In this document: piece after piece, positions 26,586 through 36,411 of the stretch
Numbering within the stretch: position 1 is the first letter of the stretch
Layout of the letters: each line of letters opens with the position of its first letter
Assembly (NCBI GenBank): GCA_023229865.1
Contig: JALNYL010000001.1
Coordinates: 87,008 to 151,007, forward strand
Direction: 5' to 3'
Length of the DNA stretch: 64,000 nucleotides
Source: Minisyncoccota bacterium
GTDB taxonomy: Bacteria; Patescibacteriota; Minisyncoccia; Phycocordibacterales; UBA1550
Translations under genes and position numbers: made by a program
The notes under the pieces: generated by a model
The model's database searches: none
The model's input: only the letters and a program-made list of their open reading frames with translations
What the model was told of the DNA's origin: nothing

Positions 26586-27116
26586 CTAGTTTACTACCTC
26601 GCTCCATGCGGTATTGGTAATTGCGCCATCAGCGTCGAGGGTTACCACGACTTGAAGTGTGCGCGTACTTGATTTCATAATACCTTTTGAGGTGATGGTT
26701 TTTAATGTATCGTTTCCTGTCACCTGCACCTTTGCACAGTCGTTTAAAAGCGTACATCCCTGTGTACTAAAATCAATCTGATAGCAATCAGTGGTTGCAC
26801 AGAGATAAGTATTGTTGCGGGCGATTTTAATAAGCGCATCACGAGCACCAGATTCAGCATAAAAATGCGCGCGCGAAGACTGTGCGCTCCCCTGAGAAAT
26901 AAAGAGTTCAGTAAAAGAAAGCGTGGTGACGCTCACAGCGACGATGAGCATGAGGACGCCAAGCACCATCACCGTGGGGAGAGTGGCGACACCGCGAGAG
27001 GAACATGTGACATGTGACATGTGACATGTGACGGCAGATTTCCGCGAAGCGAAAATCTGCAAATCACCTATTCGCGAGATAGTCTCTTGAAACGATTGTT
27101 TTTCTTGTGTTTGCAT
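26586..27116 (-). CDS. PilX-like minor pilin with a long repeat-containing leader
   Basis: RG|VATLPTVMVL class III-like site without Glu5, AHFYAESG motif. TATAAT 8 nt upstream of ATG 27116. Confidence 0.78.
   Translation of the reverse strand: MQTQEKQSFQETISRIGDLQIFASRKSAVTCHMSHVTCSSRGVATLPTVMVLGVLMLIVAVSVTTLSFTELFISQGSAQSSRAHFYAESGARDALIKIARNNTYLCATTDCYQIDFSTQGCTLLNDCAKVQVTGNDTLKTITSKGIMKSSTRTLQVVVTLDADGAITNTAWSEVVN
27003..27060. repeat. (CATGTGA)4 perfect heptamer tandem repeat plus adjacent 27-nt hairpin
   Basis: CATGTGA x4 at 27004-27031. GCAGATTTCCGC-GAA-GCGAAAATCTGC at 27034-27060. Confidence 0.92.
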
Positions 27117-27233
27117 TCTTGTTAATTATACATGAACCGTGAACTAATTTACCAATCTTTATCCACGCAGTCCTGCGCCCAAGGCGTGAACTTACTAGTT
27201 CAGAAGCGGTGTCAGTTGTCAATTGTCTTCAAA

Positions 27234-27767
27234 TTATCTTAGCGTTGCCGTCGTGCGAAGCGTGTCCGAGTACACCCAGTCAGTGCTTGAGGAATTGTAA
27301 CGCATCGTCATCACGACCTGCACCGCGGTGGTTGTCGCGTTCAATACCCCGTTATAATTCTCAAAGCGCGTAAATGTCGGCGCGTCCACGGTGACAAAAT
27401 TACCCGTGACGGCTTCAGGGGTGCCCGCGACTCCGACCTTGCGACGCAAAACTCCATTCAACATATCATAGTAAACAGTATCGGCTCCGACCGTGAGCGT
27501 GAGTGCGCTCCCTGGGGCACCAAGGGCTGGTGCGGAAACCGCAGAAGCATTTTTTACATCACGGCTAATAACATCAGCTGCGAAGCGTATTGCACTATTG
27601 ACCTCACTGCGTGCCTCAGACTGTCCGCGACCCTTAGAGAGCGCAATAAACGCATCCGAAACAATCACCATAAGTCCCGAAAGAATGGCGATGTAAATCA
27701 AAAGCTCCAAGAGACTAACTCCAGAATTTTGAATGTTGAATTTTGAATGTTGAATTCGATTTTCCAT
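27234..27767 (-). CDS. PilW-like minor pilin
   Basis: SG|VSLLELLIYIAI prepilin motif with Glu5. Confidence 0.85.
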   Translation of the reverse strand: MENRIQHSKFNIQNSGVSLLELLIYIAILSGLMVIVSDAFIALSKGRGQSEARSEVNSAIRFAADVISRDVKNASAVSAPALGAPGSALTLTVGADTVYYDMLNGVLRRKVGVAGTPEAVTGNFVTVDAPTFTRFENYNGVLNATTTAVQVVMTMRYNSSSTDWVYSDTLRTTATLR

Positions 27768-27789
27768 ATTCTAACTTCTATATTCTACC
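27724..27789. repeat. Inverted arrays of degenerate heptamers spanning the pilin start codon
   Basis: GAATTTT GAATGTT GAATTTT GAATGTT GAATTCG, then TTCCATA TTCTAAC TTCTATA TTCTACC. Confidence 0.85.
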
Positions 27790-28650
27790 CTATGGCGCCC
27801 AGTTCACTACCACATCTTGTACGGTCGGCGTGTATGTTCCCGATATTATACAATCACTCGAGCAAATACGAATTTTATAACGAAAATATTGATTATTATT
27901 AAATGGCGTAGCGCAAGAAACTGGTACAAGGAGTTCAATAGGAGTACCAGGAGCAACAGGCTCAAACCAATCCCCCTCTCCGCCAACACAAGATGGTCCA
28001 ACAAATGTCCACGGACCACCTACGTTCCCCGATGATGCAAATTGAAATTTTACATGACCCTCATTTGTTCCCGGTCCACCAAGTGCCCCCTTCCAAAGCA
28101 CTGAGTTATACCCAGCGCCATCAGCAACCCCTGTCGAATCAAACACAGCGGAGATAAGATCACCAAACGGAGGCAGACCTCCACACGCCGGTGGCGCGTA
28201 ACGATGCGATTCTGTCATTTTGATTCCAAGTCCATACACCGTCACTCCCGACGGATTGAAATTAAGCGAGTAAGAATAGGAACCAGCAGATGCAGGATTG
28301 ATTTTCCCTGAATCATCCTTGTATTCGATTTCAAAAGGCGTTGGCGTTGTTCCTGCGTTGGGGAGTGTGTATGTTTTTGATGTAGCAGCGTCGCCGTCGA
28401 TCATAAAGGTAATCGTGCCATTCCCCGTGTAAACCCCCGATGCGGTGAAATGGAGTGATTTGAGAGGATTAATAACTCCTGCGAGGTTGTCACCAACATA
28501 GAGCGCAAATGGGTATGATTGGTTTGAAGAAATGGCGATGTCGGAGTCGGCAATGATTGTCTCTGTAGTTTTCATCTGGTCAGCAGCAAAAACCATGTAT
28601 GCCATAGAGGTAAGGCCGATCATAAAAAATATTACGCGAAGAATTTTCAT
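27790..28650 (-). CDS. Secreted pilus-associated protein with two beta-rich domains
   Basis: Signal peptide MKILRVIFF...VFA from ATG 28650. C-terminal domain with YNSVLWKG, VKFQFASS, YFRYKI. Confidence 0.75.
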   Translation of the reverse strand: MKILRVIFFMIGLTSMAYMVFAADQMKTTETIIADSDIAISSNQSYPFALYVGDNLAGVINPLKSLHFTASGVYTGNGTITFMIDGDAATSKTYTLPNAGTTPTPFEIEYKDDSGKINPASAGSYSYSLNFNPSGVTVYGLGIKMTESHRYAPPACGGLPPFGDLISAVFDSTGVADGAGYNSVLWKGALGGPGTNEGHVKFQFASSGNVGGPWTFVGPSCVGGEGDWFEPVAPGTPIELLVPVSCATPFNNNQYFRYKIRICSSDCIISGTYTPTVQDVVVNWAP

Positions 28651-28670
28651 TAAAAATATAAAGAGGGACG

Positions 28671-29330
28671 CTATCGAACAGGCACAGACACTGTCCCCAC
28701 AGAGCTCGACACTGCATAGCCCCACTTTTTACCATCTTTATTATAGTAAAAGTTAAGACCAGAAATCGTTACGTCAGCAAACTGCGGAAGCCCACGAAAG
28801 GCCTTTATTGCTTCCCCTGCGTCATACCACCTCTCAGGAACATCATATCCATAAACAGACGATATTGTCTCCCCCTCAGAAGCAACGAGACTATTTACCA
28901 CAGAAACAACATACCCCTTCTTTTTCTCCTTGGAGCCGAATGCGACCTCCCACCCACTTGATACACCCTCGATGGTAACAGTGCCTAATGAACGGATATA
29001 AACAAGCTTTGCATCAGAAGCCCAAACAGACGCCACGGGGAAAGCAATGGCATATGCTTCTTTGAGAGTTTTTCCACCTTCTATGATTAAGTGCTCACCA
29101 CTCGAGAGAGCAACACTCTCCCCTGTTGATACTGCTTTTCGGCCGTCATTTAATGAAATATTCGTTACAGTACGAGGGGCTGGTGTTTCTACAATTGAAC
29201 GTTCGTTGTCAAAAATCGCACGCTTTGCCCTCTGGGGTCCTCCATAATAAATAACCACCACAAGGATAAGAGCGAGTCCCCCTGCCATTATCAAAACAAA
29301 ACGTTTATTGTTGTTAAAAATTTCTTTCAT
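28671..29330 (-). CDS. Hypothetical membrane-anchored protein in the pilus operon
   Basis: Single N-terminal TM, tightly packed between co-oriented genes. Confidence 0.7.
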   Translation of the reverse strand: MKEIFNNNKRFVLIMAGGLALILVVVIYYGGPQRAKRAIFDNERSIVETPAPRTVTNISLNDGRKAVSTGESVALSSGEHLIIEGGKTLKEAYAIAFPVASVWASDAKLVYIRSLGTVTIEGVSSGWEVAFGSKEKKKGYVVSVVNSLVASEGETISSVYGYDVPERWYDAGEAIKAFRGLPQFADVTISGLNFYYNKDGKKWGYAVSSSVGTVSVPVR

Positions 29331-29334
29331 ATTG

Positions 29335-32300
29335 TTAAGGTGTGTAAGAATACGTCATTACAAGATCAGCAGAGTTGATATAAAGCGTCGTGTTCACATC
29401 AGGAGTTACCGTGAGCGTGCTAGGCGTTGCGGTGTTTACCGCATTTACCCTACGCACAAGTTTAAAGAGTCCTCGGTATGTGCCCGATGGCGCTCCAGGG
29501 AGAACATAATTCCCCACCGTCTCGGCTTCATACTGCACGGCGATTTGAGAGTTTAAAGGAGATGCTGTCTCATAAATTCCCGTGAGCACAATGAAAGCGC
29601 TCTTGAGCGAGATATCAGCTTCAGTCGTGGTTGCACTGAACCCATATGACCCTGGGGCACCATTGGTGACAACCCCCGTATCACCAGCAATATGGAACTT
29701 GGTCGTTTTTGCAGGAGAAAGTGTACTTGATGTAGTGAAGGTGGAATTAGCGCTTATCGATTCATTCCCAGCCGCGTCCCTCGAGCGGACGCGGTAGTAA
29801 TACGTAGTCCCTGAGTTAATATTTGAGAGTCCAACGCTATGGGAATTAACAAGAGTTAAGTTGATAGTCGTACAGTCTCCTGCACACGCACCAAAAGTCC
29901 CCGTTGTGTTGTATTGGACCTGGGAAGTCGACACTTCTCCTGAGGTGTTCCATGTGATTGTTGCACTGTTGGTTCCCACACCACTTGAAGCGACGTTTGT
30001 TATGGCGGGAGGTGTGGTGTCTATCTGAAAATCAGTCGACGTCTCTGGATTTACTTCGTCATAAGAAACCCATGGGCCATAATAATTACCAAGACCAGAA
30101 TCAAAGTGCGCACGAGCCTGCCAATGATACACTCCATCAGTAGGGGTTATTGATATTGCACAAGCATTACCAACAACACCACAATCAATGGGACCAGGAG
30201 CAGCCCCAGCAGCAGGGCCAGAAACCGCGTCCACACAGGCGACGTTTGGGGTAACACAAGTAAACGCAGTGCCGATTGGTTTATATTCTATCTCGGGATA
30301 GAGGGTCCCCCCTGAGTTTGCCGTATTTTCTACTATCATGGTGAGATAAATAGGAGTCGAACTTGCTGCTCCTCCCACAGCAATCAATTGCGTAAGACCC
30401 GCGTCTCTCCATTGTTTCAAATTCGTAGGGGCATTTGGTCTCAAAGAGTTCACTGTGAAGAATGCTAGATTTGAAGAAAGGTTATTTGAGGTTATAACCA
30501 CGTCACCACTCACTGAGTTTGTAGGGACCGCTGTTGCGATAGCTGTCGCCGACCAACTCGTAAATACTGTTGCAGTTTTGTTGTTTGTGAATGTCACAAA
30601 ATTACTTGCATCAAAAGCCGCCGGGCAACCAGCCTGACAAAAGTGGTTACCATTTATTGTCATTGCGCCTCCCTCAGATGCATTTGAGGGAGTAAAACCG
30701 GTGATACGGGGAAGGATGCTGATTTGATTACCGTAGGTATGCGACTTGCTATTCGTTCCCGTCCCTTGTGTCATAGTGATACTTCCGCTATTTGTTGCAT
30801 CATTAATAGCCGTTGGAACCTGAACCTGGATAGCAGTGTTTGTCCAAGAAGCCACTGTTGCAGCTTGCCCAATAATGGTTACACTCCCTGTTCCTTGGGG
30901 GCTCCCAAAGCGTGTACCATTGAGCGTAATCACCCCATCTGTATCCCCTGCGCTATATTCACGAGCTTGATCGGCCCCAAGTCCTACGGGTTGAGTTACT
31001 GTAGTAATTTGTGGAAATACGTAAAAATTGAGTGCAGTACTACCTACGCCTCCTGCGGTTATCACGAGCGCACTCGCCCCACCAAACTCTGCTCCCCAAT
31101 CGGTATCAGTGTCTCCCACAACAGAAGAATCTGTCTCAATAACTATTGTTGTTGGTGACCAAGAGAACACATTGGCGTCCGCAATTTGATGTGCGCCTAT
31201 TTTAATATTATTTGTCGCATCTGAACGATTCCCCACACCAGGATCAGCGCCAAAACCAGCACCAGAAATAGTGATTGTTTGCTTAAATCCAGCCCCACCA
31301 CCAATGCGTGCACCACAAGTGGTACAAGCGAGGGCATAACTGAGGACAGGCTCGGTGTCATTCGTATAGCTCGTCAACGTAAGAGGAATTGCTGGGGTAA
31401 ATGGCGACCCAGTAGGCACTGTCCCCAAATCGTAGTTACCACGCAAGTCTTTTGTAAAAATCTCATAATGGTATGCAGTACCATTAACAAGCCCCGAATC
31501 AAGACATGTTGCAGTAGGGTCAAGAACGACACAAGCGACCGTCGCCGTGCCGATAGTATTACCCACAATGTACGTCGCCCCTTCGACAGGACTGTCAGTG
31601 ACAGCACTCCCTGCGCGACGAAGAATGACCACACTATGATAGTCAGCATTCCCCGGGTTGGTCCAGTTGAGAGTCACCTCTCCGTTCCCCACCGTTCCAC
31701 TTGTCCCCGAGACGCTTCCCGAAGAAAGGTTGTCGATGGTGAGCGTAGAGCTTCCCGTATCAACACCTTCATGGATATTAGTACTTGTGAAGGCACTGAT
31801 TGTTGCTGTTGTTGGATAGTCACCACCAAGAGGAGCGGGCATCGCAGCGTGCGAAATCGGGGTTATTTTTATTTTAAATTGCGTATTTGTACTCGTGACG
31901 GGGATTGTACAGCCCGTGAGTGTCGCAGTATCTGCCACAGGGGCCGCACTACAATATGTCACCGTATCGCCATCATTTACAATAGCGACCGTATTGACAT
32001 ATGTCCCAATCCCCGCCGACAAAGGGATGGTAACCCCCGTCACGGTATCGGTACCATAATTAGTAGCGAGCCCAAACGAATCCACGAGTCCCGACGCTCC
32101 AGGAGCCACCGAGGAGCTCCCTGGTTCTCCTGTAACAAAGTTTGAAATAGTCGTGACCGGCTCAGGGCGAATAGCGAGAGCTACTGCAGCCCATGAATCA
32201 GACGTCGACGTCGTCCATCCTGTCCACGCAGCAGCATCTTCTGCTCCTGCCCCACTCCAAGCCTTCGAAGCAATCCCAACAGTCGATGCATTCCCTGGGT

Positions 32301-33081
32301 CAACACTGATGTCGGCCTTATTTATATATCCCGTTGGCTGCGTTACTGTTGTATCAACAGCAGCACCAGTGCCCAAACCAAGAGACAGGACTATTGCCCC
32401 CTGAGTGACGGGAGTTATAATAGGGCTATTGGGCACAGCTGAGTTGGTTGCAACCGCAGTCGTAGAAGTAACATCAAGTGGTGTCGTCTTGTGAGTATTG
32501 CGCCAAACATGCACCTCACACACAGCACCGTTTGTAGCGGACCCACTTCCAAGACAATTTACAAGAGTATCTGGAGTAGCAGGCATGAGCTTCCAGTTCA
32601 CAGAAAAATTGGCATCACGGGTGTCGTTCGCATAAAGATCCGCGACCTCGGTGTACCCAGCTGTCCCCACTCCAGGGTTTCCGTTTGCCGTTGAGACGAA
32701 ACCAGTAGCAACAACAACCAAGTCTCCGGCCTGCGCGGCGCCACCCGAGCCTCCCGTGAGCGCAGTAAGAGACACATTGTACGCAGCACTGTTCCCGCTC
32801 GCCTCAGCAGCACCAACATACTGAAGAGCAGCTGCATGAGCCTCATGAATACGGGCCTTCTCAACAACGTGACGATATGAAGCAAATTTATCAACGACAT
32901 TGTTATCCTGCAACAAGTGCCATGCTTTATCGACAATATTATTTGCCGCAATATAGGAATCAAGAAGTTTCGTTAAAGTATAAAAAGGAATATTCGAAAA
33001 AGAAATACTCAAAATAGCCAGGAACAAAACGCTGTTACGAAAAACTTTGAGTGTCTTTTTTAAGATAGAATTATTCTTCAT
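29335..33081 (-). CDS. Large pilus-associated adhesin-like protein (FN3 and IPT/TIG-like domains)
   Basis: N-terminal hydrophobic segment, beta-sandwich head, FN3-like domains (YYYRVRSRDAAGN), IPT-like repeats (ITISGAGFG, ITLNGTRFG, MTINGNHF). Confidence 0.8.
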   Translation of the reverse strand: MKNNSILKKTLKVFRNSVLFLAILSISFSNIPFYTLTKLLDSYIAANNIVDKAWHLLQDNNVVDKFASYRHVVEKARIHEAHAAALQYVGAAEASGNSAAYNVSLTALTGGSGGAAQAGDLVVVATGFVSTANGNPGVGTAGYTEVADLYANDTRDANFSVNWKLMPATPDTLVNCLGSGSATNGAVCEVHVWRNTHKTTPLDVTSTTAVATNSAVPNSPIITPVTQGAIVLSLGLGTGAAVDTTVTQPTGYINKADISVDPGNASTVGIASKAWSGAGAEDAAAWTGWTTSTSDSWAAVALAIRPEPVTTISNFVTGEPGSSSVAPGASGLVDSFGLATNYGTDTVTGVTIPLSAGIGTYVNTVAIVNDGDTVTYCSAAPVADTATLTGCTIPVTSTNTQFKIKITPISHAAMPAPLGGDYPTTATISAFTSTNIHEGVDTGSSTLTIDNLSSGSVSGTSGTVGNGEVTLNWTNPGNADYHSVVILRRAGSAVTDSPVEGATYIVGNTIGTATVACVVLDPTATCLDSGLVNGTAYHYEIFTKDLRGNYDLGTVPTGSPFTPAIPLTLTSYTNDTEPVLSYALACTTCGARIGGGAGFKQTITISGAGFGADPGVGNRSDATNNIKIGAHQIADANVFSWSPTTIVIETDSSVVGDTDTDWGAEFGGASALVITAGGVGSTALNFYVFPQITTVTQPVGLGADQAREYSAGDTDGVITLNGTRFGSPQGTGSVTIIGQAATVASWTNTAIQVQVPTAINDATNSGSITMTQGTGTNSKSHTYGNQISILPRITGFTPSNASEGGAMTINGNHFCQAGCPAAFDASNFVTFTNNKTATVFTSWSATAIATAVPTNSVSGDVVITSNNLSSNLAFFTVNSLRPNAPTNLKQWRDAGLTQLIAVGGAASSTPIYLTMIVENTANSGGTLYPEIEYKPIGTAFTCVTPNVACVDAVSGPAAGAAPGPIDCGVVGNACAISITPTDGVYHWQARAHFDSGLGNYYGPWVSYDEVNPETSTDFQIDTTPPAITNVASSGVGTNSATITWNTSGEVSTSQVQYNTTGTFGACAGDCTTINLTLVNSHSVGLSNINSGTTYYYRVRSRDAAGNESISANSTFTTSSTLSPAKTTKFHIAGDTGVVTNGAPGSYGFSATTTEADISLKSAFIVLTGIYETASPLNSQIAVQYEAETVGNYVLPGAPSGTYRGLFKLVRRVNAVNTATPSTLTVTPDVNTTLYINSADLVMTYSYTP

Positions 33082-34021
33082 AGTCCCTTACGTAATTATA
33101 CGCTTTTTTTGAAATATCAGCCATCATTTTTTGCGCGGTTTCCAAATTCTTATTTTTTGTCATAACGGTAAGCAAATACGGTCGACCTGGTGCATATATA
33201 ATACCAGAATCTAGATACACTCTTCTCTCGTCGTCCACACCGATCTTGTGAGAAAACGGAATCCCCTCAGGTATCCCCCGTTGAATATAATCTTTAAAAG
33301 GAGATTGTGAAAGATATTTTAGGAGCTTCTGAGAGTTCTCTTCACTAAGATACGAGGAAGAATAGAGTGCTCTCATCATTACTGAGTATTTTTTTGCACT
33401 CAAACTTCCCTCCGTCTTTAAAAATCCCTCAAGACCCATATGCTCATAAACGTCTTCCATTTCGTTCATCTCTAGGTTACGAACAAGAATAAAGTGCGCC
33501 GAGTTATCAGAGTCTGCTAATGAACGGCGCACGAGGTCATCAATAGTAAACGTTGAATTGGAAGGCTCTTTATAAAGGGTGCCAAATTTATTATCCTTGT
33601 CGGTCGGCATAAGAACAAGCTCGTTGGTCCATTTCCACTCACCCAGCTCAATCTTCTTTGCTACTGCCATAGCAACAGGAACCTTGAGTAGTGACGCGGG
33701 GTAAAACTCTGCATCCTTATTAATAGAGATATTTGCTCCTGTTGGTAAATATTCAAAATAAATCGAAATATCCTTATCGTTTTCGTATTTACTATTGAGA
33801 GCATCGCGAAGGGGTTGAACATTAATAATGAGATCTTTTTGATTAATGAGTCCGCGAGCAGGGTCAAGAAGCGAAAACTGCGATAAAACGCTAAGGTTAT
33901 TTTTTTGCATGCCGAGCACGTAGGCAGCAACGATACTCAAAACAACAACTCCAAAAAGTAGCCAGCTTTTGATTCTCTGCCTAAAAATAATTTCCGTATT
34001 GTTTCCTTGTTTCTTTTTCAT
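33071..34021 (-). CDS. Membrane-anchored serine hydrolase of the class A beta-lactamase-like / PBP fold
   Basis: SxxK (ASLLK), SDN and HKIG motifs, with an N-terminal TM. Confidence 0.88.
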   Translation of the reverse strand: MKKKQGNNTEIIFRQRIKSWLLFGVVVLSIVAAYVLGMQKNNLSVLSQFSLLDPARGLINQKDLIINVQPLRDALNSKYENDKDISIYFEYLPTGANISINKDAEFYPASLLKVPVAMAVAKKIELGEWKWTNELVLMPTDKDNKFGTLYKEPSNSTFTIDDLVRRSLADSDNSAHFILVRNLEMNEMEDVYEHMGLEGFLKTEGSLSAKKYSVMMRALYSSSYLSEENSQKLLKYLSQSPFKDYIQRGIPEGIPFSHKIGVDDERRVYLDSGIIYAPGRPYLLTVMTKNKNLETAQKMMADISKKAYNYVRDYEE

Positions 34022-34023
34022 AA

Positions 34024-34650
34024 TTATTGAAGCTTGAGAGTCCCACCTGCTGTATCAACCGCAGCGTCCTTACTCCCATATGTGGTGTCGGGACAATTCT
34101 TCGCGCCGCTTCCTGTTCCCCCCGCCCAATCCGTCTGCTTGCAAATTTTGTTGCGCCAACGAAGGAAGTAGTCGTTCATAGTCACAGGGCTTCCTGAACC
34201 CTGCCACGAGACGGTCACGGCTACACGCTGCGTACTTGGATCATCGTGATCAGCATTATAGATGTTTTCTATTTCTCTTGTAGAAAGATCGCGGCTTACG
34301 TTTTCTATTGTAACATAGCGCGTGTACAGAGCAGTATTGAGCGGGATGGTTTCATCTCCAGAAACAAGCGCCCATTTACCACTCACGCTTGTCGATGTCG
34401 CCACATAGTGTGAGCCCTTAATAACACCGGAAATATTCTGCCACTTCTCATCTGAGATCGCGCGAGTCGCTTCGAGCGTCTCGCTCGCAAGCCCCATCGC
34501 TACGTCGGTCTCGCTCGAAATCTTGCCACTTTGCATACTTACAAAAACCGACTCCGATCCAATCGAAAGAATAATCGCCAAAATAGAAATAGCAACAAGG
34601 AGCTCGAGGAGGAGGGCACCACGTTGAGTAGAATGTTGAATGGTTTTCAT
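34024..34650 (-). CDS. PilV-like minor pilin
   Basis: RG|ALLLELLVAISI prepilin motif, YTRYVTIENV, RVAVTVSW. Confidence 0.85.
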   Translation of the reverse strand: MKTIQHSTQRGALLLELLVAISILAIILSIGSESVFVSMQSGKISSETDVAMGLASETLEATRAISDEKWQNISGVIKGSHYVATSTSVSGKWALVSGDETIPLNTALYTRYVTIENVSRDLSTREIENIYNADHDDPSTQRVAVTVSWQGSGSPVTMNDYFLRWRNKICKQTDWAGGTGSGAKNCPDTTYGSKDAAVDTAGGTLKLQ

Positions 34651-34655
34651 ATTGC

Positions 34656-35174
34656 TTAATTTATCGTTCCAATCGATGTGATACTGATTGTCTGCGATGA
34701 CCCCTCAGAGACGAGGCTTGTCGTAGTGGCTGTCGTCGCGCCAGAGATTTTTGTAAAAATAATATCCTTACTCATCCCCGTACTTGGATCAGAAAACGTC
34801 ACCCCAAAAGGGAGCGTGGTCGTCGCGATGACTGTCCCCGCGGCGTAGTTGGTTGCTGTATTAAAAAGCTCGTAGTAGTGCGTATTAGTGCCGGCATTCA
34901 CGAGGTGCACGCCGTACTTCAATCCCCCTTCCCCTATCATCGACTTTGAGCGCATCGAGCGGAAGTCTCCTGCGAGAACTTTTGTTACCGACTGAATCTC
35001 TACACTCTTCATCATATTGCGATAAAAACCAGCCCCCGCCGCCGCAAGTCCTGCCATAATCGCAATGACAATGAGGAGCTCGAGGAGGCTAAAGCCGCGG
35101 GAGTGGGATTTGGGGCAGCGTCCAGGACGTGAATCTGCTGATTCAGGAATTTGGGGATTAAAAGATGAATTCAT
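34656..35174 (-). CDS. FimT/FimU-like minor pilin
   Basis: RG|FSLLELLIVIAI prepilin motif. Confidence 0.88.
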   Translation of the reverse strand: MNSSFNPQIPESADSRPGRCPKSHSRGFSLLELLIVIAIMAGLAAAGAGFYRNMMKSVEIQSVTKVLAGDFRSMRSKSMIGEGGLKYGVHLVNAGTNTHYYELFNTATNYAAGTVIATTTLPFGVTFSDPSTGMSKDIIFTKISGATTATTTSLVSEGSSQTISITSIGTIN

Positions 35175-35179
35175 ATATT

Positions 35180-36403
35180 CTACGTGAAATGTCCCACGAG
35201 CTGGTAGATAGGAAGAATGATAGAGAACGCGATAGAGCCAACAAGAAGACCCATGATGAGGAGGAGTACTGGCTCAAGGATTGCCGTCAGATCCTTGAGT
35301 TTATTATCCACATCTTCTTCGTAAAAGTCCGCAAAAGTAATAAGAATTTGAGAGAGGGTCCCTGTGCGCTCTCCCACCACCACAAGACTAAGCAACAAGC
35401 GCGGGAAGAGGTCGGGGAATTTACCCAGCGATTCAGAAATCGAAGTACCATTTTTCACATCCTCAACCACACCAACAATAGCCGTCTCATATTTCTGATT
35501 ACCGATAGAATTTGCTGCGGACTCGAGCGCTCCCACCGCCGTCAAACCACTCGCCATAAGGTTGCCAAGAGTGCGCGCGAAACGTACGAGCGCAACTTTC
35601 TTCACGAGCTCACTTGCGACAGGGATATTTGAAATAACCCAGAAAAAGAATTTCTTGCCTGTCCTCGTCGTACGGAAAAAGAGGAAGAACCAGATTGCAA
35701 AAGCGAGCACCGCAAAATCAAGCAAGAAACTATACGTGAGCATCTCTGAGAGCCCTAGGAAAAACTTGGTTATCCAAGGGAGCTTCACACCACTCGAAGC
35801 AAAGGCCTTGGTGAGGCGTGGAAGCACAAAGATGAGAAGGAGTGTAACCACACCAACCGAAGCGACGAGAAGAATGATGGGGTACGTGAGCGCAGACTTC
35901 ACTTTGGCACGAAGCGCAAACTCTTTTGAAAGATACTGGCCGAGCTCAGCGAGCGTGCGGTCGAGCTGTCCCGACACTTCCCCTGCGCGGAGCATTCCGA
36001 GGAATACCGGAGGAAACGAATTTGAATAGTTTGCAAACCCCATCGAAAGTGACTGGCCGTTTTTTACGAGCGCCTGCACTTCGCGGAGCATGTTCTTCAA
36101 TATTTTTTTCTCCGTGTCGGCAATCAAAATATCGAGTGCTTCTACAACAGAGAGCCCTGCCTTGATTGTCGCAGAGAGATTTCTTGTGAGGAAGAGGATG
36201 TCGACGGGAGTAATCTTTTCAAAAAATGTTAACTCAAGACTGAGGCCCGCCCCCTTGCCACTTCCCTCAAGTGTTTGTACTGAGATAGGATTGATGTCGC
36301 GACGGAGAAGATACGCCACTGCTTCATCGCGTGAACCAGCTTCGTACTCCCCACGCACGAGCGCGCCATCTTTGCTGTACCCTTCGTAAATAAAAATTGC
36401 CAT
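35180..36403 (-). CDS. pilC: Type IV pilus platform protein PilC/GspF
   Basis: AGEVSGQLD, SALTYP, VGERTGTL, ILEPVLL, ILPIYQL. Confidence 0.95.
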   Translation of the reverse strand: MAIFIYEGYSKDGALVRGEYEAGSRDEAVAYLLRRDINPISVQTLEGSGKGAGLSLELTFFEKITPVDILFLTRNLSATIKAGLSVVEALDILIADTEKKILKNMLREVQALVKNGQSLSMGFANYSNSFPPVFLGMLRAGEVSGQLDRTLAELGQYLSKEFALRAKVKSALTYPIILLVASVGVVTLLLIFVLPRLTKAFASSGVKLPWITKFFLGLSEMLTYSFLLDFAVLAFAIWFFLFFRTTRTGKKFFFWVISNIPVASELVKKVALVRFARTLGNLMASGLTAVGALESAANSIGNQKYETAIVGVVEDVKNGTSISESLGKFPDLFPRLLLSLVVVGERTGTLSQILITFADFYEEDVDNKLKDLTAILEPVLLLIMGLLVGSIAFSIILPIYQLVGHFT

Positions 36404-36411
36404 AAATAATA

